Made by a program: the position numbers and the translations under genes. 32,000 nucleotides of DNA from Raphidiopsis brookii D9 (GTDB lineage Bacteria; Cyanobacteriota; Cyanobacteriia; Cyanobacteriales; Nostocaceae), in contig ACYB01000035.1 in assembly GCA_000175855.1 (NCBI GenBank), forward strand, positions 1 to 32,000, given 5' to 3'. Under the pieces are notes generated by a model. The model saw nothing but the letters and a program-made list of their open reading frames with translations. It was not told where the DNA came from and did no database searches. Positions 1-8,301 of the stretch are shown here, piece after piece. The number at the start of each line of letters is the position of its first letter. The first letter of the stretch is position 1.

Positions 1-39
1 GTGGAGAATATCAAACATCTGGGTGCGAGTGCTTCTTAA
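1..39 (+). CDS. 3' end of an unidentified CDS (partial, ...VENIKHLGASAS*)
   Basis: Frame 1 is open from base 1 to a TAA at 37-39. Only 12 codons are visible, so family cannot be assigned. Confidence 0.25.
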   Translation: MENIKHLGASAS

Positions 40-110
40 TCCCACTCACTTATGCGTCGACAGACTTCACAATGTAAATTTATTGTTATACAATATGTTT
101 AATCTAAAAG

Positions 111-139
111 CCCCCCTTTTTAAAGGGAGTTGGGGGGAT
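111..139. repeat. G/C-run interspersed repeat, CCCCCCTTTTTAAAGGGAGTTGGGGGGATC type
   Basis: The C6 run / T5 / AAAGGG / G6 run layout resembles short intergenic repeats common in filamentous cyanobacteria (from memory, not searched). Confidence 0.4.
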
Positions 140-245
140 CAGAACCTATTAAATTTAACAACTCTTGTCTCTCTCAACCTTTTGTTACATAGTTATAAAT
201 TTCTCAGCCGACTTACTTAGAATTAATCTTAATCTACCATAAATC

Positions 246-1187
246 TGGGAAAATTAGGGAATGTAAGACAGTCCAGCACCAATAGCTTCAGCTAAGATGC
301 TCATGAGACGATAAAGGGCGATCGCACCAATTAGGAGAGAGGGAGGGAAAGTATTCTGTAAAAGGAGGATAGCTGTACTTTCAAATACTCCTAAACCCCC
401 CGGAGCACCGGGAATAACTAAACCCAAAACCCAAGCAAGACTAAAAGCACCAATTAATATGGGAATTTGGTTAAGATTCACATCACCCAGAGCGAATATG
501 GTTAAAATAAATCCTGTTCCCCGTAAGCATACAAAAATTAATTCACCTACTAAAGGTAATAAGGGATATTTTTCTAGAGTTAAATTATTCATAGAGTTCA
601 TGGAGTTAGGAATATCATCTTCACTTTTAAGTTGAGATTTAATTTGGGATTTAATTTGAGATTTAATTTTAAAAAGGAAGCGAAGTAGAGGATTCAAAAC
701 TACTGGATGAAGACTGAGCAATAGTAAAAATAAGCTGATAAATTTGACGGGTTGGTTAAAACTCACAGATAAATGATTAGGGAGTAAAATAATATTAATT
801 AAAGCAGCTGTAGCCATGAGTAAAGGTTCTAATAAAACGCTCAAAGTAGCTTTAAATGTGGGAATATTAGCATCTTTAGCAGCTAGTATTCGCCCATAAT
901 AATGCCAAACATTTCCGGGTAAGTATTTGGCAATATTGGTTTTAATAAACCCGGATAAATAAACCGGTAGGTACAGACTGATTTAAATGATTGAGTATCC
1001 ACGTCCACACCAAACCAGCCCAAGTATGTGCAAGCAGAGTTACCATAGTAGCCATAGGGAGAATTCTCCACCTAATTCCACCCAGGTTCAAAGACTTGAC
1101 TTCTAACCAGTGAGCTTTGAGAGTTGTCACCAAAAAAAACAAAGTCACCCCAAAAACAACCCAACGTAAAAATTTTCCCATGGTCAC
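246..1187 (-). pseudogene. UPF0104 / lysylphosphatidylglycerol synthase TM-region family protein, frameshifted
   Basis: Two same-strand ORFs (942..1187 and 254..844 extended upstream) give one continuous family-like protein: MGKFLRWVVFGV...SVPTGLFIRVY / IKTNIAKYLPGNVWHYYGRILAAK...LSVLLEPLLMATAA. The reading frame breaks at about 938-951. The 5' boundary of the downstream part (246 vs 254) is approximate. Confidence 0.7.
634..669. repeat. Three tandem copies of a 12-bp unit (GRGATTTAATTT) inside the UPF0104-like gene
   Basis: 634 GAGATTTAATTT, 646 GGGATTTAATTT, 658 GAGATTTAATTT. On the minus strand they encode KIKSQIKSQIKSQLKSEDD. Confidence 0.85.
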
Positions 1188-1259
1188 ACATATTATCCAT
1201 GTTACTACCTATATTATTCTATAATTATTGCCATTGATAACCAAAATTTATTTGACCCT

Positions 1260-2480
1260 ATGAGTTCAAAGTTGTCCCTTGCCCAAATTATTACCGATTG
1301 TATTCAAAGCAGTGAACAAAAACGCATTACCTTTGCCGAATATATGGATTTGGTACTATATCATAGGGAATATGGTTATTATTCCAGTCATTCCTGCCAA
1401 ATTGGATTTGAAGGTAGTGATTTTTTCACCTCCCCTAGTTTAAGTGAAGATTTTGGTGAATTGCTGGCTGAACAATTTTTGCAAATGTGGGAAAATTTAG
1501 ATAGACCTAGACCTTTTCAATTAGTCGAAATGGGTGCAGGTAAAGGTGTTTTGGCAGCACAAATTCTCACCTACTTGAAAAGTCATCACCCAGATTTTTT
1601 TGAAATTATAGAATATATCATTGTTGAAAAATCTCCCCAATTAAGAGGTGAGCAACAGCAAAGATTAGAGATATTTTCCATTCAATGGTTAGACTTACAA
1701 GAACTTCACCCTGGTTCAATTATAGGGTGCTTTTTTTCCAACGAGTTGGTTGATGCTTTCCCGGTTCATCAATTCATACTACAGAATGGCAAACTCCAGG
1801 AAATTTATGTGACTTTTAGGACTGCACCACCTAACCTCAAAACACAGCATTCATCACAGAGCTTAGATATAGAAATTCTAGAGTTTATAGAAGTAATTGG
1901 GGAACCATCTACACCGAAACTAGAGGAATATTTACAACTAGTGGGAATTGATCTTAGTCCAAATGTGTATCCAGAAGACTATCGCAGTGAGATTAATTTA
2001 GCTGCTTTGGATTGGTTGAGTATAGTAGCTAACTGCTTACAGCGCGGCTATGTGCTAACAATAGATTATGGCTACCCTGCAACTCGATATTATCACCCCA
2101 GAAGATCCCAGGGAACATTACAGTGCTACTACCAGCATCGTTATCACGATAATCCTTATATCAAAGTAGGTGAACAAGATATTACCACCCATGTTGACTT
2201 CACAGCTTTAGAAAACTGGGGTAAAAAGTGTGGGTTAAATCCCGTGGGTTGGACCCAACAAGGATTGTTTTTGATGGCTTTGGGCTTAGGTGATAGAATA
2301 GCAGCTCTTTCCTATCAACAACAATCTGTGTCACAACTGCTAAAACGCCGGGAAGCACTACACCAACTAATTTCCCCCGAAGGACTAGGCAATTTTGGTG
2401 TGTTGGTACAGAGCAAAGGACTCACAAACACCCAAAGTCAGTTACCCCTGCAGGGATTTATTACACCAGTGGTTTTTTAA
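1260..2480 (+). CDS. SAM-dependent methyltransferase, MidA/NDUFAF7-like (COG1565/DUF185 type)
   Basis: Full-length 406-aa ORF with motifs ITFAEYMDLVLYHREYGYYS, GSDFFTSPSLSEDFGELLAEQ, LVEMGAGKGVLA, GCFFSNELVDAFPVH. Confidence 0.85.
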   Translation: MSSKLSLAQIITDCIQSSEQKRITFAEYMDLVLYHREYGYYSSHSCQIGFEGSDFFTSPSLSEDFGELLAEQFLQMWENLDRPRPFQLVEMGAGKGVLAAQILTYLKSHHPDFFEIIEYIIVEKSPQLRGEQQQRLEIFSIQWLDLQELHPGSIIGCFFSNELVDAFPVHQFILQNGKLQEIYVTFRTAPPNLKTQHSSQSLDIEILEFIEVIGEPSTPKLEEYLQLVGIDLSPNVYPEDYRSEINLAALDWLSIVANCLQRGYVLTIDYGYPATRYYHPRRSQGTLQCYYQHRYHDNPYIKVGEQDITTHVDFTALENWGKKCGLNPVGWTQQGLFLMALGLGDRIAALSYQQQSVSQLLKRREALHQLISPEGLGNFGVLVQSKGLTNTQSQLPLQGFITPVVF

Positions 2481-2557
2481 GAAGGTTAAGGTTAATATAG
2501 CAGTGTTAATTGCTGTAGCTATAATCTAAACCTTAATCTAAACCTTGGTAAATAACT

Positions 2558-2653
2558 ATGAGTACCCATGATTTGATTGTTTTAGTCACCCTACTTACCC
2601 CCGGACTTTTGCTTTCAGTTGTAATTATGGCAACTTTTGCTGCTGGAGGCTAA
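2558..2653 (+). CDS. Very small single-pass membrane protein candidate (31 aa)
   Basis: ATG..TAA encodes MSTHDLIVLVTLLTPGLLLSVVIMATFAAGG, a predicted hydrophobic helix. It lies in a gap between two CDSs and is not in the supplied track. I could not assign a family. Confidence 0.4.
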   Translation: MSTHDLIVLVTLLTPGLLLSVVIMATFAAGG

Positions 2654-2745
2654 TTCCAGACAATTGGGAACTGGAGTTTGGCACCTGGGAAAACTCGGAA
2701 ACACTCGCCAATTCCCTATTCATTGTCACATTTTTGACCTGAATA

Positions 2746-3036
2746 TTGAATATGAATACTGCCATTACGTCCATTGTGTCCCCAAATTTAGTTGTTGTCA
2801 CAGTTAAGTTGTTTGCAGCATATCAAGAAGCCTACGGAGTTACAGAACTCCAGTGGGAATTTCCTTGTAATACACCTGTTCGAACAATTTGCGATCGCAT
2901 GATATCGGATCATCCGCAGCTGAGTAAGTGGCGCGATGTTACCCGGTTTGGAATTAATTTGATGTTTGTGGATCCTGACACTGTTCTTAACCATGGAGAT
3001 GAGGTGGTGATCATTCCTCCGGTGAGTGGGGGATAG
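2746..3036 (+). CDS. MoaD/ThiS family sulfur-carrier-like protein
   Basis: 96 aa with beta-grasp pattern (VTVKLFAAYQEAYG...) and C-terminal Gly-Gly (HGDEVVIIPPVSGG). Confidence 0.85.
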   Translation: MNMNTAITSIVSPNLVVVTVKLFAAYQEAYGVTELQWEFPCNTPVRTICDRMISDHPQLSKWRDVTRFGINLMFVDPDTVLNHGDEVVIIPPVSGG

Positions 3037-3084
3037 GTTCAAGTCCAGATTTCCATCTAAAATGAGCAATCATGTTATCGCGTC

Positions 3085-3160
3085 TGGCTAAGGCGTGTAA
3101 GTCTACTGAGGGATAACCGCTCCCATGCTCCCGTTGAAGTAGAAAGTAAAGTCTAGTTTT
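3085..3160 (+). other. Possible remnant of the 3' end / omega-RNA region of an IS200/IS605-family tnpB element
   Basis: The segment GGCTAAGGCGTGTAAGTCTACTGAGGGATAACCGCTCCCATGCTCCCGTTGAAGTAGAAAGTAAAGTC resembles, from memory, cyanobacterial tnpB 3' ends (CCCGTTGAAGCAGGAAG type). It can be read as ...DNRSHAPVEVESKV*. No transposase body is present. Confidence 0.25.
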
Positions 3161-3193
3161 GTCTAAATTTTATATAGCAGATAGTAGATTTAT

Positions 3194-4384
3194 TTGGACA
3201 GGGTGATGAGCATAACAACAGCAGAGCGGATAATTTGCAACACTGATATTATCAATGCAAAAGTACCCGGTTATCAAGGTTTACAGATGATCTGGGTGAA
3301 CGAACAGGGTAACATCGAAGAAATTTTACCCATGACCCAGCTGTGTCAAAGACAAACCAGGGAGAACTTGCGGGTTCTGGATCTAGCAGGTGATTGGGTG
3401 TCATTAGGTGGTGTAGACTTGCAAATCAATGGGGGTTTGGGTTTAGCATTCCCCGATTTGACAGGTAGAAACATCAACAGACTGCAAGAAATATCAGATT
3501 TTTTGTGGGAACAGGGGGTGGATGCTTATTTACCCACTTTAGTGACAACCTCCATAGAGAATATACATCGTTCCCTAGAGATCATGGCCAATTATGAGCA
3601 AAAATCCGGGGCAAAAATTCTAGGAGTCCATTTAGAAGGTCCCTTTTTAAACTATGGTAAACGGGGTGCACATCCAGCAGAATATTTACTCCCCTTGACC
3701 ATGAGTGAGGTTAATCGGGTATTAGGGGATTATGCTTCCCTGGTGAAGGTCATCACCCTAGCTCCTGAATTAGATTCCACTGGGGAGGTCATACCCTATC
3801 TGAGATCTTTAGGAATAACGGTGAGTTTAGGACATTCTCTAGCTACAGCAGCACAAGCAGATGAAGCTTTTAGCTCAGGTGCTACTATGGTGACTCATGC
3901 GTTTAATGCTATGCCACCTTTACACCATCGAGAACCAGGTTTATTAGGAGCTGCTATGAATCATCCTTATGTGATGAGTAGCTTTATTGCTGACGGACAG
4001 CACATTGTGCCGCCTATGTTAGAAATTTTATTACGTGCTAGCAAAGGACTATTTCTAGTCAGTGATGCTTTAGCACCACTAGGACTACCGGATGGAGAAT
4101 ATCCCTGGGATAGTCGAAAAATCACAGTCAAAAATGGTACAGCTAGATTAGCGGATGGAACCTTATCGGGAACCACATTTTCTTTACTAAAAGGAGTACA
4201 AAAGCTAGTGCAGTGGCAAATTTGCGACATTGAAACTGGAATCTTTTTAGCTACGGATGCGCCCAGAAAGGCAATTAATCTACCCACCATTGGTGTGGGT
4301 GTGCAGGCCAATTTACTCCATTGGTTTGAGGATCAAAATACAGGAGAATTGACTTGGAAAAGAATAGAACTTGCTAGGACATGA
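3194..4384 (+). CDS. nagA: N-acetylglucosamine-6-phosphate deacetylase
   Basis: 396 aa with VDLQINGG, ILGVHLEGPFLNYGKRGAHP, VSLGHSLATAAQADEAF, THAFNAMPPLHHREPG, LVSDALAPLG. Confidence 0.92.
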   Translation: MDRVMSITTAERIICNTDIINAKVPGYQGLQMIWVNEQGNIEEILPMTQLCQRQTRENLRVLDLAGDWVSLGGVDLQINGGLGLAFPDLTGRNINRLQEISDFLWEQGVDAYLPTLVTTSIENIHRSLEIMANYEQKSGAKILGVHLEGPFLNYGKRGAHPAEYLLPLTMSEVNRVLGDYASLVKVITLAPELDSTGEVIPYLRSLGITVSLGHSLATAAQADEAFSSGATMVTHAFNAMPPLHHREPGLLGAAMNHPYVMSSFIADGQHIVPPMLEILLRASKGLFLVSDALAPLGLPDGEYPWDSRKITVKNGTARLADGTLSGTTFSLLKGVQKLVQWQICDIETGIFLATDAPRKAINLPTIGVGVQANLLHWFEDQNTGELTWKRIELART

Positions 4385-4390
4385 GTATAC

Positions 4391-5944
4391 ATGACTATAA
4401 CAGAAAAAATTCTCTCCCAACTGCAAGGAAACATACTAGAGAACCTACGGCGCACCGATAAAATTTTAACATCTCTAAAAACCGATAACCAAACCTTTAT
4501 GGAGGTAGTTAAACAGGAATCAACCCGGTTAAAATCTATAGACTGGGATGTGATAATTTGTGGTGGGACATTAGGAATTTTAATTGGTAGTGCCCTAGCA
4601 GTGCGGGGAGTGCGAGTAGCATTACTGGAAAAAGGGGTTTTACAGGGAAGAGAACAAGAATGGAATATTTCTCGTCAGGAATTGTCAGTATTGATAAAAT
4701 TGGACCTATTGACACAGGAGGAGTTGGCAACAACTATTGTCACCACCTATAACCCAGCACGGGTAGGTTTTGCTGGTGGTGAGGAACTGTGGGTAGAGGA
4801 TGTACTCAATATTGGGGTAGATCCGATTTATTTACTCAAAACTCTCAAGAACCGGTTTCTGCTTGCAGGAGGAACATTACTGGAGAATACCCCATTTAAC
4901 AACGCGGTGGTCCATTCAAATGGCATAATGGTCAATAACCAATTTTCGGGTAGATTACTACTAGATGCTATGGGACACCTTTCACCTATTAGTAAACAAG
5001 CACGTGGGGGTAAAAAACCAGATGCAATATGTTTAGTAGTGGGAAGTTGTGCAGAAGGATTTACCAGCAATGACTCAGGGGATTTATTGCTATCCTTTAC
5101 TACCCTACAAAATCAATGTCAATACTTTTGGGAAGCTTTCCCCGCACGGGATGGTAGAACCACTTATTTATTTACCTATGTTGACCCAGCATCCCAGCGG
5201 TTAAACCTAGAAGAATTAATTGGTGAATATTTCCGCTTATTACCACAATACCAAAAGGTAGAAATTGATAAATTAACTTTTAAAAGGGTGTTGTTTGGTT
5301 TTTTTCCTAGTTACCGTCAAAGTCCCTTGCAAACCCCTTGGAATTACATTTTACCTGTGGGAGATAGTAGTGGTAATCAGTCACCCCTAAGTTTTGGTGG
5401 ATTTGGTGCCATGATTCGTCATTTGGAGCGATTAACCATGGGGATTGAGGATGCATTACAAACTAATGAATTATGGTCTTCCTCCTTAAAATTACTACAG
5501 CCCTACCAACCTAGTTTAAGTGTGACCTGGTTGTTTCAAAAAGCCATGAGTGTAAGAGTAAATCAGCAAATCCCACCAGATCAAATTAACCAACTGTTGT
5601 CCGTAGTATTTAGGGAAATGGCAAAATTAGGCACTCCAGTTTTAAAACCTTTTTTACAAGACATAGTGCAATTTTCAGCTTTGAGTCAAACCTTGTGGAA
5701 AACGGGTATAAACCATCCCTTGTTAATAGCTAAGATTATTCCCCAAGTGGGTCTTTTCAGTTTGATAGATTGGATAGGCCACTATATAAACCTGCTGATT
5801 TTTACCCTTTTATTTTCTTTCAGCTCCATACCAGCACTAGGCAAAATAATTAATAATCTACCAAACAGTCAACAATATTACATTCATCGGTGGATAGATG
5901 GTTGGAAATTTGGTTCCGGTAAAGATTACCACCTAGATCCATAG
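4391..5944 (+). CDS. FAD-dependent oxidoreductase (NAD(P)/FAD-binding, flavin-dependent dehydrogenase-like)
   Basis: 517 aa with a Rossmann-type start DVIICGGTLGILIGSALAVRGVRVALLEKGVLQGREQEWN and a later GDSSGNQSPLSFGGFGAMIRH. Confidence 0.75.
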   Translation: MTITEKILSQLQGNILENLRRTDKILTSLKTDNQTFMEVVKQESTRLKSIDWDVIICGGTLGILIGSALAVRGVRVALLEKGVLQGREQEWNISRQELSVLIKLDLLTQEELATTIVTTYNPARVGFAGGEELWVEDVLNIGVDPIYLLKTLKNRFLLAGGTLLENTPFNNAVVHSNGIMVNNQFSGRLLLDAMGHLSPISKQARGGKKPDAICLVVGSCAEGFTSNDSGDLLLSFTTLQNQCQYFWEAFPARDGRTTYLFTYVDPASQRLNLEELIGEYFRLLPQYQKVEIDKLTFKRVLFGFFPSYRQSPLQTPWNYILPVGDSSGNQSPLSFGGFGAMIRHLERLTMGIEDALQTNELWSSSLKLLQPYQPSLSVTWLFQKAMSVRVNQQIPPDQINQLLSVVFREMAKLGTPVLKPFLQDIVQFSALSQTLWKTGINHPLLIAKIIPQVGLFSLIDWIGHYINLLIFTLLFSFSSIPALGKIINNLPNSQQYYIHRWIDGWKFGSGKDYHLDP

Positions 5945-5988
5945 AATCTGTGGATAATGTAAAAATAAATGTACAGTGCTAAAGGAAA

Positions 5989-7239
5989 ATGATTTTGATT
6001 CAAAGCATAAAGATTGATTGGATATTAGTAAACACCGGTTTACAGTTTATCACCTGGGGGTTTTTCTCCCTATTACTAGCTGAAATTCTCCGGGATGTTT
6101 ATCATGCTTTGTGTCATCAAGTCACCTGGTTGTCAAAATGGCATAATAAGCACCACGCAGCATATCGTCGAGACCTTACTATTGCTTCTCAAAAAGCCTA
6201 CATAGAGTCCCAATTGTATCATGACATTGTGGAATCTGTCATCCTGGTAGTTTTATTAACCTTTGTCGCTTTCTTTACAAAACAGTGGGGTTTGTGGTTA
6301 GGTGTGGTCTATTCCATTACCTTTTTATACGGTGCATCTTTGCGCTACTTTCAAGGCACAATAGACACAGATTATAATCATTTACCCGGACCATTAGCAA
6401 CAATTCCTTCCGTTTGGTTTGTGAATAGAACCTATCATTGGCGACACCATTTTGATGATGTCAACGCCTATTATAGTGGAGTATTTTCCCTGGTAGATAA
6501 AGTGTTGGGAACAGGACTTTCTCTTAAAGGTAAAACCATTGCTATTACTGGAGCTTCCGGAAGTTTAGGAAAAGCACTAACCACTCAATTAATTAAACAA
6601 AATGCCAAAGTCGTAGCCTTAACAACTAACCCCGAAAATATCTCAAACCACGCGGGAATCAAAGTCATCCCCTGGCAATTGGGCAAGGAAATAGAACTAA
6701 AAGCCAACTTAGAAAAAGTTGATATTTTAATTATCAACCATGGCATTAATGTTTATGGCGATCGCACTTCAGCAGCTATAAATAACTCCTATGAAATTAA
6801 CACATTTTCTGCACTGCGTTTAATAGACATATTTTCTGAGACTGTTACTGGACCCCATGCTAAAGCAACCAAGGAAATTTGGGTGAACACCTCGGAAGCT
6901 GAAGTTTCACCTGCATTAAGTCCTCTTTATGAACTGAGTAAAAGAGCATTAGGAGATTTAGTCACCCTAAAACGCCTAAATGGAGTCTGTGTAATTAGGA
7001 AACTAATATTAGGTCCATTTAAAAGTCAACTTAATCCCTATGGAGTCATGTCATCAACCCAAGTAGCAAGGGGAATTGTGTTTTTAGCTCAACGGGACTT
7101 TAGAAACATTATTGTTACAGTTAACCCCCTCACCTACCTACTGTTCCCCATTAAAGAGTTTACTAGATGGTTCTATTACAAAACCTTTACTAAATTAACT
7201 GTACCCCGTAATCATGAAAGCGGTTCACCAATTTTATAG
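5989..7239 (+). CDS. Bifunctional fatty acid hydroxylase/sterol desaturase - short-chain dehydrogenase fusion
   Basis: N-terminal di-iron His boxes (HALCHQ, HNKHHAAYR, HWRHHFDD), then an SDR Rossmann motif GASGSLGKALTTQL and YELSKRALG in one 416-aa ORF. Confidence 0.85.
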   Translation: MILIQSIKIDWILVNTGLQFITWGFFSLLLAEILRDVYHALCHQVTWLSKWHNKHHAAYRRDLTIASQKAYIESQLYHDIVESVILVVLLTFVAFFTKQWGLWLGVVYSITFLYGASLRYFQGTIDTDYNHLPGPLATIPSVWFVNRTYHWRHHFDDVNAYYSGVFSLVDKVLGTGLSLKGKTIAITGASGSLGKALTTQLIKQNAKVVALTTNPENISNHAGIKVIPWQLGKEIELKANLEKVDILIINHGINVYGDRTSAAINNSYEINTFSALRLIDIFSETVTGPHAKATKEIWVNTSEAEVSPALSPLYELSKRALGDLVTLKRLNGVCVIRKLILGPFKSQLNPYGVMSSTQVARGIVFLAQRDFRNIIVTVNPLTYLLFPIKEFTRWFYYKTFTKLTVPRNHESGSPIL

Positions 7240-7268
7240 GTTGTTTATAGGCTAGGGTGAATTGCCAG

Positions 7269-7337
7269 AGATCTCAACCTACACTTATTGTGATTTATAA
7301 ATCACGCTCAAAAAGCGCTTGTGGTGTAGAGAGATCT
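7269..7337. repeat. Imperfect long inverted repeat with a perfect 16-nt palindrome in its centre
   Basis: Left arm 7269 AGATCTCAACCTACAC 7284, right arm 7324 GTGTAGAGAGATCT 7337. Central palindrome GTGATTTATAAATCAC is at 7290-7305. Confidence 0.6.
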
Positions 7338-7482
7338 GCCGCGCACCGGTTCTTTTCCCAATGGGGGTTGACTATTGACCCTTTTACTCCAACTGAGTGA
7401 GTGCTAGATTCTGGTATTTTCCATTTATGCTTGACAAGTCGAAAGATTTTACAAAAATTATTAATTATTTTCTATAAACCCC

Positions 7483-7511
7483 TTGCATAGCTGTTCAAAT
7501 AGTTTTATAAT
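7483..7511 (+). promoter_or_regulatory. Sigma70-type promoter for the 83-aa ORF
   Basis: TTGCAT (7483-7488), 17-nt spacer, TATAAT (7506-7511). Confidence 0.65.
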
Positions 7512-7520
7512 TAAGAAAAA

Positions 7521-7565
7521 GTAAGGTGATCTGTATTTCTTGGCGGAAAGCTCCGATCACCTTAC
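7521..7565 (+). promoter_or_regulatory. 5'-UTR hairpin upstream of the 83-aa ORF
   Basis: GTAAGGTGATC (7521-7531) pairs perfectly with GATCACCTTAC (7555-7565). It has a 23-nt loop and no trailing U-tract. A Shine-Dalgarno GGAGG follows at 7576-7580. Confidence 0.65.
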
Positions 7566-7590
7566 ACCCCAAAATGGAGGCAAATAAATT

Positions 7591-7842
7591 ATGGCACAGA
7601 CTAGAAACTTTATCAGCAATGTTGATGACACTGGAGTGGTTAAATCTAGGGTGGTTTCACAAAGTAGTCACCGGGAACCACTAAAACACCTATTGATTGG
7701 CTCAAAAAAGACGGTGATTAGCACGATTCACTATCTACACGTGCTTGGTTATGCCAATGCAACTGATTGGAGTGATCTTACACCAACTGGCAAATCTGGG
7801 GAGGTTATGAGTATACTGGTAAGAGACATTGTGATTAATTAG
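7591..7842 (+). CDS. Small cyanobacterial-type protein of unknown function (83 aa)
   Basis: MAQTRNFISNVDDTGVVKSRVVSQSSHREPLKHLLIGSKKTVISTIHYLHVLGYANATDWSDLTPTGKSGEVMSILVRDIVIN. Good promoter, SD and downstream hairpin. Confidence 0.75.
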   Translation: MAQTRNFISNVDDTGVVKSRVVSQSSHREPLKHLLIGSKKTVISTIHYLHVLGYANATDWSDLTPTGKSGEVMSILVRDIVIN

Positions 7843-7851
7843 TTTCCTCTT

Positions 7852-7877
7852 TAACTCCTGGGAAAACCCAGGAGTTA
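7852..7877. terminator. Strong hairpin after the 83-aa ORF, possible terminator or processing site
   Basis: TAACTCCTGGG (7852-7862), AAAA loop, CCCAGGAGTTA (7867-7877): 11-bp perfect stem with no T-tract after it. Confidence 0.5.
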
Positions 7878-8028
7878 GGCGTAGCGTTGCAATTTATAGG
7901 AATTTAGTGTAGGATATGATTGTTGAGCAAAAATTGTCAACAACCCACCTAAGAGAGCGGAGATCTCGAGGAAGGAAGAAAGATGATTAACTCAAAGCAT
8001 TTTATACTTAGGGAAAGAGAGTAATAAA

Positions 8029-8301
8029 ATGACAACAGCCTCAAATGAACTACTGATAGTATCTCCCATGAAAGAAATTCCCAACGGGTATCTAAACATC
8101 ATGGGGTATGTTGACAAATCCGAGGTTAACGGACCCGGTCGTCGTGCTGTGGTATGGATGCAGGGTTGTTCTAGCCATTGTTCCAGTTGTTTTAATCCCC
8201 AGTCTTGGAGTTTTGAAATTAACAAGTTAGTTGCTATTGATAACCTAGCGGAAGAAATAAAGTGGCATGTAGCCAACAGTCCTAAGAATCTGGTATGGTA
8301 G
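8029..8301 (+). pseudogene. Truncated 4Fe-4S single-cluster radical SAM protein (NrdG-like activase type), N-terminal 90 aa only
   Basis: MTTASNELLIVSPMKEIPNGYLNIMGYVDKSEVNGPGRRAVVWMQGCSSHCSSCFNPQSWSFEI... has CX3CX2C (CSSHCSSC). It stops at ...NLVW* before the expected SAM-binding GGEP-like motif, which I did not find in other frames before ispG. Confidence 0.65.

Noticed and set aside
23-220. 65-aa plus-strand ORF near the left edge
   Set aside because: Runs through the C/G-run intergenic repeat and has no domain. It is likely chance.
3030-3060. GGTTCAAGTCC at 3037, a tRNA T-arm-like motif
   Set aside because: Flanking bases do not form the 5-bp T stem or an acceptor stem, and no anticodon arm was found upstream.
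3967-4311. 114-aa minus-strand ORF
   Set aside because: Lies fully antisense inside nagA and has no domain-like sequence.
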